Assembly (NCBI GenBank): GCA_963788655.1
Contig: CAWBHS010000074.1
Location: 1 to 64,000, forward strand
Direction of reading: 5' to 3'
DNA: 64,000 bases
From: an uncultured Verrucomicrobiae bacterium
Lineage (GTDB): Bacteria; Verrucomicrobiota; Verrucomicrobiia; Limisphaerales; JAFGQR01
In this document: one piece after another, positions 1 through 9,832 of the stretch
Numbering within the stretch: position 1 is the stretch's first letter
How the letters are laid out: every line of letters begins with the position of its first letter
Made by a program: the position numbers and the translations under genes
The notes under the pieces: generated by a model
Seen by the model: the letters and a program-made list of their open reading frames with translations, nothing else
What the model was told of the DNA's origin: nothing
Databases searched by the model: none

Positions 1-47
1 AAAAGCAACTGCCACCGAAAAGCCCGCGGAAAATTTCAATTGCGGCT

Positions 48-75
48 TTGACACACTGGACATCGTTGCTATCGT
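48..75 (+). promoter_or_regulatory. sigma70-like promoter upstream of the DUF481 gene
   Basis: TTGACA-16 nt-TATCGT. Confidence 0.5.
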
Positions 76-213
76 CCGCGCTGCTCCGGCTTATCGAACT
101 CTCAGCGAATTATCGCCGAGGGGTGCGAGCTCGCCGGAACAGGCGGGGATTGCGCTCGCGGCAAAGTTCTCCGCCAACAACAAGCGAATGAGTCAACAAT
201 AAAGAAGAAGATC

Positions 214-1002
214 ATGGCAAAAACACAAGTGTATCGAATGGCCGGTTCGTCACTCGGTCTGGCGGCGGCAGTGGTTGCAGGGATGGGGTTCTGGACCACC
301 AACGCCGCCGCGGCCGCAGCTCCGGAACCGGAAAAACCTAAGAGTTGGGAGCGAACCGCTTCCGTGGGATTGACGCTCACCAAAGGAAACTCGGACAGTT
401 ACCAGCTCAACGCCGGCTTAAACGCGTCGCGCAAATGGGAGCGCGACGAACTGCTCCTGGGCGCCAACGCTGGTTATGGCAAAACCAAGGACGTTCAGAC
501 TGGCGACAGCACCAAGACCGCCGAATATTTGAGCGGCTTCGGGCAGTGGAACCACCTGTTCACGGAACGGTGGTATGGGGGCGGGCGCTTGGAAGGCCTG
601 CACGACGGAATAGCGGGGATTGACTACCGTTTTACCCTCAGCCCACTGGCTGGTTATTACCTCCTCAAAGAGAAACGCACGACGCTGTCGGTGGAAGCCG
701 GTCCGTCGTTCATCTACGAAAAACGAGGGGGCGACACCAAGGGGTATATGGGTCTGCGCGCGGCTGAACGTTTTGAGCACAAGTTCAACGACCGTGCCCG
801 CCTCTGGCAGACGGCCGAATACATCCCGCAAGTGGATGACTTCGACAATTACCTGGTCAACGCCGAACTGGGTGTGGACACCAAGATTACGAAGTCAATT
901 AGTTTGCGAGTGGTGCTCCAAGACAACTACGTAAATAGACCGGCACCCGGTCGCAAGAGCAACGACGTGAAATTGATTGCCGGGGTGGCCTACAGTTTCT
1001 AA
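214..1002 (+). CDS. DUF481/YdiY-like outer-membrane beta-barrel protein
   Basis: Signal peptide; alternating beta-strand pattern (GLTLTKGNSDS, GYYLLKEKRTTLSVEAGPS); ends in aromatic residue (AYSF). Confidence 0.85.
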   Translation: MAKTQVYRMAGSSLGLAAAVVAGMGFWTTNAAAAAAPEPEKPKSWERTASVGLTLTKGNSDSYQLNAGLNASRKWERDELLLGANAGYGKTKDVQTGDSTKTAEYLSGFGQWNHLFTERWYGGGRLEGLHDGIAGIDYRFTLSPLAGYYLLKEKRTTLSVEAGPSFIYEKRGGDTKGYMGLRAAERFEHKFNDRARLWQTAEYIPQVDDFDNYLVNAELGVDTKITKSISLRVVLQDNYVNRPAPGRKSNDVKLIAGVAYSF

Positions 1003-1028
1003 AGCTCCCGCCCCTGCTCACTGCATTG

Positions 1029-1066
1029 GCGCCGCGGTTCTCCTCCTGACCGCGGCGCTTCTATTT
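1029..1066 (+). terminator. Probable rho-independent terminator
   Basis: GCGCCGCGGT-loop-ACCGCGGCGC followed by TTCTATTT. Confidence 0.55.
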
Positions 1067-1097
1067 GGATACCGGAAGAGAGTCGGGTGTCAAAAGT

Positions 1098-1241
1098 CGC
1101 GCAGCGTTTGGAACGTGGAGCTTGCTCCCGCTTTCGGTAGGCGCAGACCGCGCCAGGAACATACCAGCAGGCTCAAGTGTTTGACGCCGGCTCTGCAATC
1201 GAAAGCGCCGGCAAGCCGGACGCACTCCAAACGCTGGCGCG
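1098..1241. repeat. REP-like inverted repeat pair, family A
   Basis: Imperfect inverted arms 1098-1136 and 1200-1241; right arm is the exact 42-bp reverse complement of 23619-23660. Confidence 0.85.
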
Positions 1242-1386
1242 CTAAACCGCCGACCGCACCATAATGGCGAGAATTACCATCGCCCAATCACTTGCATGGA
1301 CGTCGGCGCCGCATGCAGTTTGAGTGTGCCGGGCAGAATCTCCATTTGCGCTTTCTTTCATCCGGCTCCGTCCACATACTCCCGCC

Positions 1387-3411
1387 ATGCACCGCACCAC
1401 ATCGTCCCGCAAAATATTTGTAGGCTCGGCAAATCCTATACCGCTTCGACAATTCAACTCTTTAACGCTGCCACTTTTCGCCCCGGCAACTTTCCAACGA
1501 TGTTGGCCATGCCTCAGCCAGGCGGTGGTTCTCGTTTCGCTCTTATTTATTTTCGCGGCCGCGCCAGTGATGGCGGCCGATGCCATCCGCCTCGTCCCAG
1601 TCAAAGCGGTACGCATTGAAGATTCATTCTGGGCGCCCAAATTGAAAATCTACCGGGAACGGACTATTCCGCATTCGTGGCAGTACTTGGCCGGGGAAAT
1701 TCGCGCCTTGCGAGCGGCTGGCGGAGAACCGGTCCACGGCGAGCTTAACGGCACGTGGGGCGAAGCCAATTTGTACAAGTTTCTTGAAACCGTGGCGCAT
1801 TCGCTGGGCGGGTTCCCGGATGCGACCCTGGAGAAACGGGCGGATGAAATCATTCAATGGGTCAAGTCGGCTCAACAACCGGACGGCTACGTCCACGCTT
1901 ACGTGATCAACGCGAAGAAGAAGCCTTGGGATCCGGACTTCCTCGACGGTTCGCACGATGGCTACGTGCTGGGCCACCTGATCGAGGCCGCGGTCGAATA
2001 CAATGCCAACACAGGCAAGCGCACGCTTCTTGACGTTGCTGGTAAAGCAGCCGATCAGGCCTGTGATCACTTTCTGGGACCCCCAGGCCAGCCCGGTTTT
2101 GGCGGTCACGCGGAATTAGAAATGGCGCTGGTGGAATTGTATCGCGTGGTGCCCGAACCGCGCTATCTCGAACTGGCGAAAGCGTTCATCGAATGGCGCG
2201 GACGGCACAAGGTCAAACCCTACAGCGATACTCCACGCGCCTATTTTCAGGATCACGTTCCACTGCGCGAGCAGAAGACCCTCGAAGGGCATGCGGTGCG
2301 CGCGATCTTTTTCGCCTCGGGCGTCGCCGATGTGGCGCTGGCGACTAAAGACGCTGACTATCGGTTGGCGGCAAATCGGTTTTGGGACAGCGTGACCATG
2401 CGCCGGATGAACGTCGCCGGCGGCATCGGACCACGCCGGGAACACGAGGCCCTCGGCGAGGACTACGAACTGCCCAACCAGGGCTATTACGAGTCGTGCG
2501 CGGCGTGCGGTTTGGCCGATTTCGCCCAGCGGATGTTCTGCCTCGAACACCGCGGGGAATGCGCCGACGTGCTGGAACGCGTGCTTTACAATACCGTGCT
2601 GCACGGAATTTCTCTGGACGGCACCAACACGTATTATCAAAACCCGCTTAGCGACCGGGACAATCGGCGTTACAACTCGTGGGTTTGTTGCCCGCCGAAT
2701 CTCTCCCGCACCCTCTTCCAGATTGGCCGTTACGCGTATGCGTTCAGTGATCGGGACATTTTCGTGAATCTCTACGTCGGCGGGGCGTGCTCTGTGCCCT
2801 TGGCCGCAGGCATGGTCAAAGTGCAGGTCGCCACTGACTACCCCTGGAGCGGCGAGGTCAAGGTGCGCTTCGAGGCCGTTCCGAAAACGACCTTTGCGTT
2901 GAACCTTCGGTGGCCAGGCTGGTGTGAGTCGGTGCGCCTCGAAGTCAACGGCCAGGCCATCACGTCGCTGCCGCGCACCGAGTCGGGCTATTTACGGTTG
3001 GAGCGTAAGTGGCAAAAGAGCGACGTGGTCGAATTGCTGATGGACATGCCGGTCCAGCGCATTGAAGCTCATCCTAACATCAAGGATTGCGCGGGCAAAG
3101 TTGCCCTTCAGCGCGGGCCGTTGGTTTATGGCTTCGAGGGAATTGACAACGGGGGCATGGCGCGGATCGAACTTGGCGCCAACCCCCAACTGCGCGCCGA
3201 ACCTTGGCCCGACTTTCTAGGTGGCGTGACGGTCATTCATGGCGTCCGGGCCGATGGCAAGCCGTTTCTTGCCATACCATTCTATGCCCTGGCTAACCGG
3301 GATAAATCATCGCAAGAAGTCTGGATTACTCAGCGTGGACTCCAGCCCAGCGATGAATGGTGGCTCGGACGGCTTTACCGACCGCTTCGCAGCGACCGGT
3401 TGGCCCAGTAG
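1387..3411 (+). CDS. Glycoside hydrolase family 127 (beta-L-arabinofuranosidase-like, DUF1680)
   Basis: GHAVRA, YESCAACG, CCPPNLSR and GKVALQRGPLVY motifs; signal peptide; start uncertain (frame open from 1324). Confidence 0.9.
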   Translation: MHRTTSSRKIFVGSANPIPLRQFNSLTLPLFAPATFQRCWPCLSQAVVLVSLLFIFAAAPVMAADAIRLVPVKAVRIEDSFWAPKLKIYRERTIPHSWQYLAGEIRALRAAGGEPVHGELNGTWGEANLYKFLETVAHSLGGFPDATLEKRADEIIQWVKSAQQPDGYVHAYVINAKKKPWDPDFLDGSHDGYVLGHLIEAAVEYNANTGKRTLLDVAGKAADQACDHFLGPPGQPGFGGHAELEMALVELYRVVPEPRYLELAKAFIEWRGRHKVKPYSDTPRAYFQDHVPLREQKTLEGHAVRAIFFASGVADVALATKDADYRLAANRFWDSVTMRRMNVAGGIGPRREHEALGEDYELPNQGYYESCAACGLADFAQRMFCLEHRGECADVLERVLYNTVLHGISLDGTNTYYQNPLSDRDNRRYNSWVCCPPNLSRTLFQIGRYAYAFSDRDIFVNLYVGGACSVPLAAGMVKVQVATDYPWSGEVKVRFEAVPKTTFALNLRWPGWCESVRLEVNGQAITSLPRTESGYLRLERKWQKSDVVELLMDMPVQRIEAHPNIKDCAGKVALQRGPLVYGFEGIDNGGMARIELGANPQLRAEPWPDFLGGVTVIHGVRADGKPFLAIPFYALANRDKSSQEVWITQRGLQPSDEWWLGRLYRPLRSDRLAQ

Positions 3412-3611
3412 CGCATCCGACGAGCGGATGCGTGCTGTCGGCGTCCCGCCGGCAGAAACGAACACAAAAGGCGCGCTCATGCCTCCATTCCACCACTCCA
3501 GTGGTTGCTTTGCTGCGCCGCATCGATGCGCCGAAGAACCAGTAGAGAAAACTGACTTTGCGCCGACACATCATCGACGAGAACGGCCGCAGTTACGTGA
3601 CTTACGAGAAT

Positions 3612-3660
3612 AATGAGCCTCCTCACGTCGGTTGCTACCATTTTTCCAGCAGGTTCGTAA
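3612..3660. repeat. Partial copy of MITE/REP family B (right half)
   Basis: AATGAGCCTCCTCACGTCGGTTGCTACCATTTTTCCAGCAGG resembles 7317-7361. Confidence 0.75.
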
Positions 3661-3814
3661 TGGTCGAATTCGTTCTCCCTCGCAAGGAATCAATCAAACG
3701 CTGTCGGTTCGCCAACGCTTCTCCTCCGTGATCTCCGGGCAATCAGTCGTCAATTCCAAGAACAAGAGATTCCGCTCTTTGAATATTCTCCCGATGCAAC
3801 CTACAATAGTTTCA

Positions 3815-4621
3815 ATGAAACACACCATTTTGGCCCCGCTATTCGTGGTAATGCTGGCGCCCATGGTTTCAGCCGGTGAATTCGTCTTTACGGATGTGGA
3901 CCGAGGATGGATCCGCAGCAACGGCGACCATATTCCATCCAACCGAAACACGTTTACCGGCGCCAACGGCCAGGGGCTGCACAACTCCTTTCTCGTGTTC
4001 GATCTGAGTGCCGTCACCGGGACCGTGGTGACAGCCGTTTTGCACCTGGGAATTGGGAGCTACCAAAGCCCGGACCCCAGTGAACCCATCACGATCTATG
4101 AAGTGTCCACGCCTCTCGAACAACTGACCAACGGTCCGGCGACCTCCGCGGAAGGACTTGGTATTTATGAAGACCTGCAATCCGGCAATGTCTATGCCGC
4201 GGGTGCGGTTCCTGCAAATGAGGTGGTGTCGCTGAATCTTACCGAAACTGCCGTGTCGAGAATCAACACCACCGGAAACGGGGGCTTTGCCGTGGCTATT
4301 CATCCGCTCGAAGTCGAGTTCAAAGATGGCGCCGCCAACGGTTTCACTTTGGACACCGGCAACACGGCTCTGATGGTGACGACCTTGCCCGAAGCCGTCA
4401 CCTTACACATTGGCGCGGAAGGCCGGATTACCTGGCAATCCCAAGCCACGGTCAGCTATCAAGCCCAATGGAGCCAGAACATGGTCGATCCAACCTGGCT
4501 GGACCTGGGCGAGCCGGTGATCGGTGACGGAGACATCATCAGCGTCAACGACAACTTCAATCAACCAAAGAGGTTTTATCGGGTGGTGGCACGCTTGGTC
4601 GCAAGCCAAACGGCACCTTGA
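3815..4621 (+). CDS. Secreted hypothetical protein with C-terminal RFYRV-type domain
   Basis: Signal peptide MKHTILAPLFVVMLAPMVSA; beta-rich core (NSFLVFDLSAVTGTV); C-terminus ITWQSQATVSYQAQWSQNM..W...D..KRFYRV. Confidence 0.75.
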   Translation: MKHTILAPLFVVMLAPMVSAGEFVFTDVDRGWIRSNGDHIPSNRNTFTGANGQGLHNSFLVFDLSAVTGTVVTAVLHLGIGSYQSPDPSEPITIYEVSTPLEQLTNGPATSAEGLGIYEDLQSGNVYAAGAVPANEVVSLNLTETAVSRINTTGNGGFAVAIHPLEVEFKDGAANGFTLDTGNTALMVTTLPEAVTLHIGAEGRITWQSQATVSYQAQWSQNMVDPTWLDLGEPVIGDGDIISVNDNFNQPKRFYRVVARLVASQTAP

Positions 4622-4744
4622 ATCAGCCGGTTTCCAAGCATGCTGTATTGATTTCAGCAATGTTCGCAGCATAGATTCACTTACTGGTTCTCTGTCGGAG
4701 TTCAGATTGCAGGGCGCGTGGCAAACTGATGTAATCTTCTGCAC

Positions 4745-5104
4745 ATGAAACTTGCCTGCCTCTGCAATTGGTTCCGCTTGCTGTTCTTCGCCTTTTCCAG
4801 CATGGCCTTCGCGCAACCTTCAACGAACTCAGCGTCCGACGCCGACCTGGACGTTGCGATCCTCAAACCGGCCCTGCCCATGGGATCGGTCAGTGCGTTC
4901 TGGAACGTGGATCGCCAATACCTTGACCAACCGGCGCTGACGCCCCATTCGCGCATCACCATTGCCGAGCTTAAGGGACCGGCGGTGATCACGCTGCTGC
5001 GGTTCGCCAATATGCCGGGAATCGTGCAGGCCCATTTGTTGCGCGGTATTTCATTGCTCAGCACTCGACACCGTGCCGGCGCCTTGGCATGCTCCGCGCG
5101 CAAA
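4745..5104 (+). pseudogene. Truncated secreted-protein remnant (DUF2961/GH172-like N-terminus), in frame with trpA
   Basis: Signal peptide then ITIAELKGPAVIT, like the DUF2961 'LAELxGPGxIT' motif; similarity stops near aa 90. Confidence 0.45.
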
Positions 5105-5905
5105 ATGAATCGCATTGTTGAACGATTTGGACGATTGCGCCAGGAAGGCAAGACGGGCTTTGTGGTGTACATCGGAGCAGGCGATCCGGACTTGGAAGCC
5201 ACCCGCCGATTGGCCTTAGCCTTTGACGAATTGGGGGTGGATGTTTTGGAATTGGGCGTGCCCTTCAGTGATCCCCTGGCCGATGGCTTGGTGAATCAAC
5301 TGGCGGCACAACGCGGCCTGGAATCCGGAACCACTCCGCTGCGCGTATTGGAAACGGTCGCGGCCATCCGTCGCGAGGCGCAGATTCCCATCGTTCTCTA
5401 CATCTATTTCAACCTGATTCATCATTTCGGACTGGAGAAGTTCATCCAAGAAGCCGCGCGAGCCGGGGTGGACGGATTCCTGGTGCTGGATCTGCCCCCC
5501 GAGGAATCCGGCAGCTATGAGCGACTCATGCGAGCGGCTGGTTTATGCCCCATTTACCTGGTGGCGCCGACCACCCCGGAAGATCGGGTTGGCATGATCG
5601 TGTCGCGAGGGGCCGGTTTCATTTACTATGTTTCACGGGAAGGGGTCACCGGCATGCAGACCCAGATCGCCGACACCATTGGCGCGATGACCGCCCGGAT
5701 TCGCGCGCACACGGACTTGCCCATTGCGGTGGGATTCGGCATTTCGAATGCTGAACAAGCCCGCGCGGTGGCTGCCAATGCCGAGGCGGTGGTGGTGGGC
5801 AGCGCGATTGTGAATCAGATTGCGCAGCAGGGCCGCAATCCCGAATTGGTGGAGCGGGTGCGGCAATTTGTTGCGCCCATGATCAAGGCAGTTAAAAATA
5901 CATGA
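5105..5905 (+). CDS. trpA: Tryptophan synthase alpha subunit
   Basis: AGDPDL, LELGVPFSDPLADG, FIYYVSREGVTG, AVGFGIS, VVGSAIV; own promoter-like TCGACA-17-CATGCT at 5065-5093. Confidence 0.95.
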   Translation: MNRIVERFGRLRQEGKTGFVVYIGAGDPDLEATRRLALAFDELGVDVLELGVPFSDPLADGLVNQLAAQRGLESGTTPLRVLETVAAIRREAQIPIVLYIYFNLIHHFGLEKFIQEAARAGVDGFLVLDLPPEESGSYERLMRAAGLCPIYLVAPTTPEDRVGMIVSRGAGFIYYVSREGVTGMQTQIADTIGAMTARIRAHTDLPIAVGFGISNAEQARAVAANAEAVVVGSAIVNQIAQQGRNPELVERVRQFVAPMIKAVKNT

Positions 5906-7032
5906 AAGCAAAAGCGACGACTCAGGATCGATACGTCATCATCATGGCCGGTGGCCGCGGCGAACGGTTTTGGCCACTCAGCCGGGAAAAAACACCCAAA
6001 CAATTGCTGACTTTGTTCGGCAAAGGTTCATTACTGCAGAGCGCAGTGGCTCGTGTCCTGCCGCTGGTCCCCGCGAAAAACATCTTTATCATCACTAACG
6101 AAGTGCAAAAAGCTGGCGTGGCCAAACAGCTTCCTAAACTTCCCAAAGCGAACATCATTGCCGAGCCTTGTGGACGCGACACCTGTGCGGCAGTGACTTT
6201 GGGAGCCGCTTTGGTGGGGGCGCGTTCAACGACCGGCGTCATGGCCGTGTTGCCGGCGGACCACGTTATTCCGGAGGAGAAGAAATTCCAGCAGACGCTC
6301 CAGGATGCCTTCGATTTGGCCAGCCGCGGTCAGGTGATGGTGACGATCGGTATCCAGCCGACCGAACCGGCGACGGGCTACGGTTACATTCGTACCGGAG
6401 TTGAATTGCCCCCACCACAAGGCGTCCGGCGGTACAAAACGCGTTTCTTCAAGGCGGAGCAATTTGTCGAGAAACCCTTCCACGACCGAGCCGTCGAGTA
6501 CGTGCAGAGCGGGCATTACCGGTGGAATGCGGGCATGTTCATCTGGTCCTTCGTGACCTTGACCCAGGGACTGGAAAAACATCAGCCCGAGATGGCGGAC
6601 GCTTGCCAGCGATGGTTCAAGGTGGCGACACAGCCTGCCAAACTGGCGCGAGTGCTGACCAAGGAATATCCCAACATCAAAAAGATTTCCATCGATTATG
6701 CGCTGATGGAGCATGCCCAAAACGTCGTGGTAGCCGACGGCACGTTTGCCTGGGACGACTTGGGATCGTGGACCGCCATGGCGCGGCACCTTCCGTCTGA
6801 TGCGGAAGGCAACTGCACCCAGGCGGATTTTGTGCATGTGGATGCTTCCCGGAATGTCGTCTTCGATGCCCGCCGCAAGCACCGCACGCCCATTGCGATC
6901 GTGGGGCTGAGGGATTCCATTGTGGTGCAAACGGACGATGCCACATTGGTGGCCCACAAGAGCCAGGCCCAAAAGGTAAAGCAATTGGTTACCCGGCTGG
7001 CGGCAGATCGAAAATACAAGAAGTTGGTTTAA
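5902..7032 (+). CDS. manC: Mannose-1-phosphate guanylyltransferase
   Basis: IMAGGRGERFWPLSR..PKQLL, PADHVI, TGYGYI, FVEKP, WNAGMF, SIDYALME, WDDLGSW; ATGA overlap with trpA. Confidence 0.92.
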   Translation: MKAKATTQDRYVIIMAGGRGERFWPLSREKTPKQLLTLFGKGSLLQSAVARVLPLVPAKNIFIITNEVQKAGVAKQLPKLPKANIIAEPCGRDTCAAVTLGAALVGARSTTGVMAVLPADHVIPEEKKFQQTLQDAFDLASRGQVMVTIGIQPTEPATGYGYIRTGVELPPPQGVRRYKTRFFKAEQFVEKPFHDRAVEYVQSGHYRWNAGMFIWSFVTLTQGLEKHQPEMADACQRWFKVATQPAKLARVLTKEYPNIKKISIDYALMEHAQNVVVADGTFAWDDLGSWTAMARHLPSDAEGNCTQADFVHVDASRNVVFDARRKHRTPIAIVGLRDSIVVQTDDATLVAHKSQAQKVKQLVTRLAADRKYKKLV

Positions 7033-7230
7033 GCGGCAGTCATTCATTTCTGAGCCAGGGTGATCAGGCTTGCCCGTTGGTTGGCGCGCCCGGTTTCGAC
7101 GGCGACTTGGAGGGGCATCACCATTGGGTGGTACCGCACGCCCTACCGGTTAACGGCGCGGACGCCAATGATTGCGCCCACGGCAGGCGCGCGCTCTGTT
7201 CCCGTTGGCTTAAGACGGCCGGGCGCATAA

Positions 7231-7361
7231 GAGCCTGTTAAAAACTCCATCCGATCTGTAGCAGCCGACGTGAGGAGGCTCATTTTATTTCGGAAACCCG
7301 TGCTGCGTTCGACAAGAATGAGCCTCCTTACGTCGGCTGCTACCATTTTTCAAACAGGCTC
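7231..7361. mobile_element. 131-bp MITE-like element (family B) with terminal inverted repeats and TAA duplication
   Basis: TAA|GAGCCTGTTAAAAA...TTTTTCAAACAGGCTC|TAA; internal palindrome GTAGCAGCCGACGTGAGGAGGCTCATT / AATGAGCCTCCTTACGTCGGCTGCTAC. Confidence 0.8.
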
Positions 7362-7503
7362 TAAAGACAATTCCCAAGGCACGCCAAATTTTGGACAGAG
7401 TGTCCACTTTCTGGACTGAGGTATTGCCCTTGGACCGGCAGTAACATTGACTGGCTGCGGTGCATAAGCCTCCCAAGTGGGTCTCCATCGACGCTTACAC
7501 CAA

Positions 7504-7520
7504 TTGGCTTACGGATTGCT
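7504..7520 (+). promoter_or_regulatory. sigma54-type (-24/-12) promoter
   Basis: TTGGCTTACGGATTGCT = GG-N10-GC; palindromic candidate activator sites at 7382-7416. Confidence 0.6.
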
Positions 7521-7662
7521 CGATCAACTGTCGCATGCGACTGAGAATGCAACAAGCCGTTCCAGCCGTCCGTTGTGCGCAACAAGTTAACCGGAACAAT
7601 CACAGGGCACGCACGGAGTCCTGGATAAAGTTCCTCCGACTGACAAACGAGTTAATGACCGT

Positions 7663-7872
7663 ATGAAGAGCCAAACTGCAAAACCGCGAACCAAGTCAAA
7701 ACGAACCGAGCCGCTCCCCCGGAATAACTGGAAACGTTTTGCCGTGTCACATTGGATTTTCGGTCATAAAGCGATGTCGGAGATGAGAGTCCTCCTTCGA
7801 CTGGCCGGCAAAGTCAATGATGAGTTCTCAACGCGCCAATGGGAGCGATTAACTCCGCGCTCGTTGACTTAG
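7663..7872 (+). CDS. Small basic hypothetical protein (69 aa)
   Basis: ATG ORF downstream of the sigma54-like promoter; no recognised motif. Confidence 0.45.
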   Translation: MKSQTAKPRTKSKRTEPLPRNNWKRFAVSHWIFGHKAMSEMRVLLRLAGKVNDEFSTRQWERLTPRSLT

Positions 7873-8138
7873 TCCATCTTTCTCCCCCTGGCTTGCTGGA
7901 GGTTGCGCGGAACTTTGCCGGGAAGCTCTTCCTTGCCACTGCAAAACCGTTCCACAAGGACTTCGCAAAGCCCTGCCCATCCACTGCCGTTTCAATTCCT
8001 TGGCCCTTTAACGTTGCAACGACTTTGGCTGTCACGCTGCCTCCGCGCGAGTGACACTGGGGTTACAGTCATGTAAAATTCCCCAAAATATTTCTAGTCA
8101 AATCCCCTTGCTTTAGGCACATTGCTCAGCGGTTTCCT

Positions 8139-8414
8139 ATGGCAATGTCACTACAGGCAAACGAATTGAGCTCGGCTGAAATTGAACAGCATCCCTTGCG
8201 CTACTTTGTGGCAAGCGGTCAAGGTGGCGGTTGGCTGGTGTTTCGGGAAGGGCAGAAGCGAGCTGTTCATCGATTGCCAGCCAAAAAGTTGGCCGTTCAT
8301 ACCGCCAAAATTATGGCCCGGGCCACATCTCCGAGCGAGGTCATGGTTGAGCAGCGGGACGGTTCTTTTTCGCTAAGATATGACTTTGGCCGGGCTGAGC
8401 CATCCGGCTATTGA
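8139..8414 (+). CDS. DUF2188-like small protein
   Basis: GGWLVFREGQKRA..K.LA...AK..A....SEVMVEQRDGSF...YDFG pattern. Confidence 0.75.
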   Translation: MAMSLQANELSSAEIEQHPLRYFVASGQGGGWLVFREGQKRAVHRLPAKKLAVHTAKIMARATSPSEVMVEQRDGSFSLRYDFGRAEPSGY

Positions 8415-8666
8415 GGAAAAGTCCCCGTTCTGCTGATTCCACTTTGCTTGCAAGCTGAGATAAATGTCCGCGCTCCGGTTGAAATCTCATCTTGAATGGG
8501 AACTGGAATGAGCAAGTGGTCTGGCTGACCAGTAGCGGCATTTTCGGAAATGGATCGGTTCCCCGCAAGTAAGCCGCAATTTTCTAGTGCGAAAGCCCGC
8601 TTCGTGTTTTATAAAGGCGGCATGAAAACACCCCAGATGCATTGGAAAAATATCTTTCGAAACATC

Positions 8667-9377
8667 ATGAACACCTTGAATTTAGTTTCCATCGTAGCAG
8701 CCCTCTTTCTGTTTGGGTTTCCCGCGCGCAGCAAAGCCGGGGAGCCGTCTGTCCCTAAGGCTTCCGCGGCCGCGACGAAGGCGTCGGCCAAGAAGACGCC
8801 CGCCGCCGCCACGAAGACCGCCAAGCTGGCGCCCGGAGAAATCAGTTTGTTTGACGGCAAGACCCTGAAAGGTTGGCGCGAATCCGATTTTGCCGGCAAG
8901 GGGGAAGTCAAAGTTGAAGGTGGTAAAATCATCATGGGCATCGGGGTCATGACCGGGGTCACCTACACCAATGATGTTCCACGGATGAATTACGAGGTGA
9001 ACCTGGAAGCCATGCGCGTCGATGGCAGCGACTTTTTTTGCGCCTTAACGTTCCCGGTGAACAAGGATCCGTGCAGCCTGATTGTGGGCGGTTGGGGTGG
9101 CGGGCTGATCGGCTTGTCCAGCCTTGATGGGGAAGACGCCGCCAATAATGAAACGACTCAATTCATGAACTTCAAGAACGGTCGCTGGTACAAAATCCGT
9201 CTGCGGGTGCTGCCGAACAAAATTCAAGCCTGGATCGATGGCGAGAAACTGGTGGACGTAATCACGACTGATCACAAAATCGGAATCCGCTGGGAAGTGG
9301 AACCTTCATTGCCCTTTGGCATCGCCACCTACGCCACCACCGGCGCGGTGCGGAACATCCGGATTCGTCGCCTGTAA
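8667..9377 (+). CDS. DUF1080 (3-keto-disaccharide hydrolase-like) secreted protein
   Basis: SLFDGKTLKGW, GSDFFCALTFP, GGWGGGLIGLSSLDG, RNIRIRRL; signal peptide plus Ala/Lys linker. Confidence 0.88.
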   Translation: MNTLNLVSIVAALFLFGFPARSKAGEPSVPKASAAATKASAKKTPAAATKTAKLAPGEISLFDGKTLKGWRESDFAGKGEVKVEGGKIIMGIGVMTGVTYTNDVPRMNYEVNLEAMRVDGSDFFCALTFPVNKDPCSLIVGGWGGGLIGLSSLDGEDAANNETTQFMNFKNGRWYKIRLRVLPNKIQAWIDGEKLVDVITTDHKIGIRWEVEPSLPFGIATYATTGAVRNIRIRRL

Positions 9378-9411
9378 CGGTAGATGCCCGACGCGGCTGG
9401 ATTGGTACCGG

Positions 9412-9744
9412 TTAGTTTTCGGCAATGCCCTCTATGCTCGGCACCGCCGGACTCTCAGCGTCTCCCAAAGCAGCCCATAACGCAAACAAAGCGGCTCCCA
9501 CCACGACACTGATGAGCGTACACGCATTCCCGGTGACATGCCGGCCCATCAGGAAATAAAAATAACGGACCAGATGCGTCAGCATCAGGCCGAAGAGTAA
9601 ACCACAAAAGGCACCCAGCAGCGTACCCAGGAGGATCGAGCCGAAGCCGTCGTCCAGGCTACCTCCACCGAGAGTTCCTTTGGAGACTAGCCCGGACGCC
9701 AACAGGATAAAACGCTGAGCGAAACTTTTAGCTATCGCTAACAT
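9412..9744 (-). CDS. Small membrane hypothetical protein
   Basis: Two to three hydrophobic helices in 110 aa. Confidence 0.6.
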   Translation of the reverse strand: MLAIAKSFAQRFILLASGLVSKGTLGGGSLDDGFGSILLGTLLGAFCGLLFGLMLTHLVRYFYFLMGRHVTGNACTLISVVVGAALFALWAALGDAESPAVPSIEGIAEN

Positions 9745-9832
9745 AATCCAGGAAAGCTACACAAAGCCCTGCAAGAATCAAGCCTGGAACTGGCGGGTTG
9801 CCTTTATGGTTGGCGCTGCCTATTTTCGCCAT

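Noticed and set aside
5085..5101. sigma54 promoter before trpA (TTGGCATGCTCCGCGC)
   Set aside because: The implied start site would fall inside the coding sequence; a sigma70-like element fits better.
7814..8054. Small ORFs 7814-8035 (-) and 7839-8054 (+)
   Set aside because: They overlap each other and the 7663 ORF, with no motifs or clear initiation signals.
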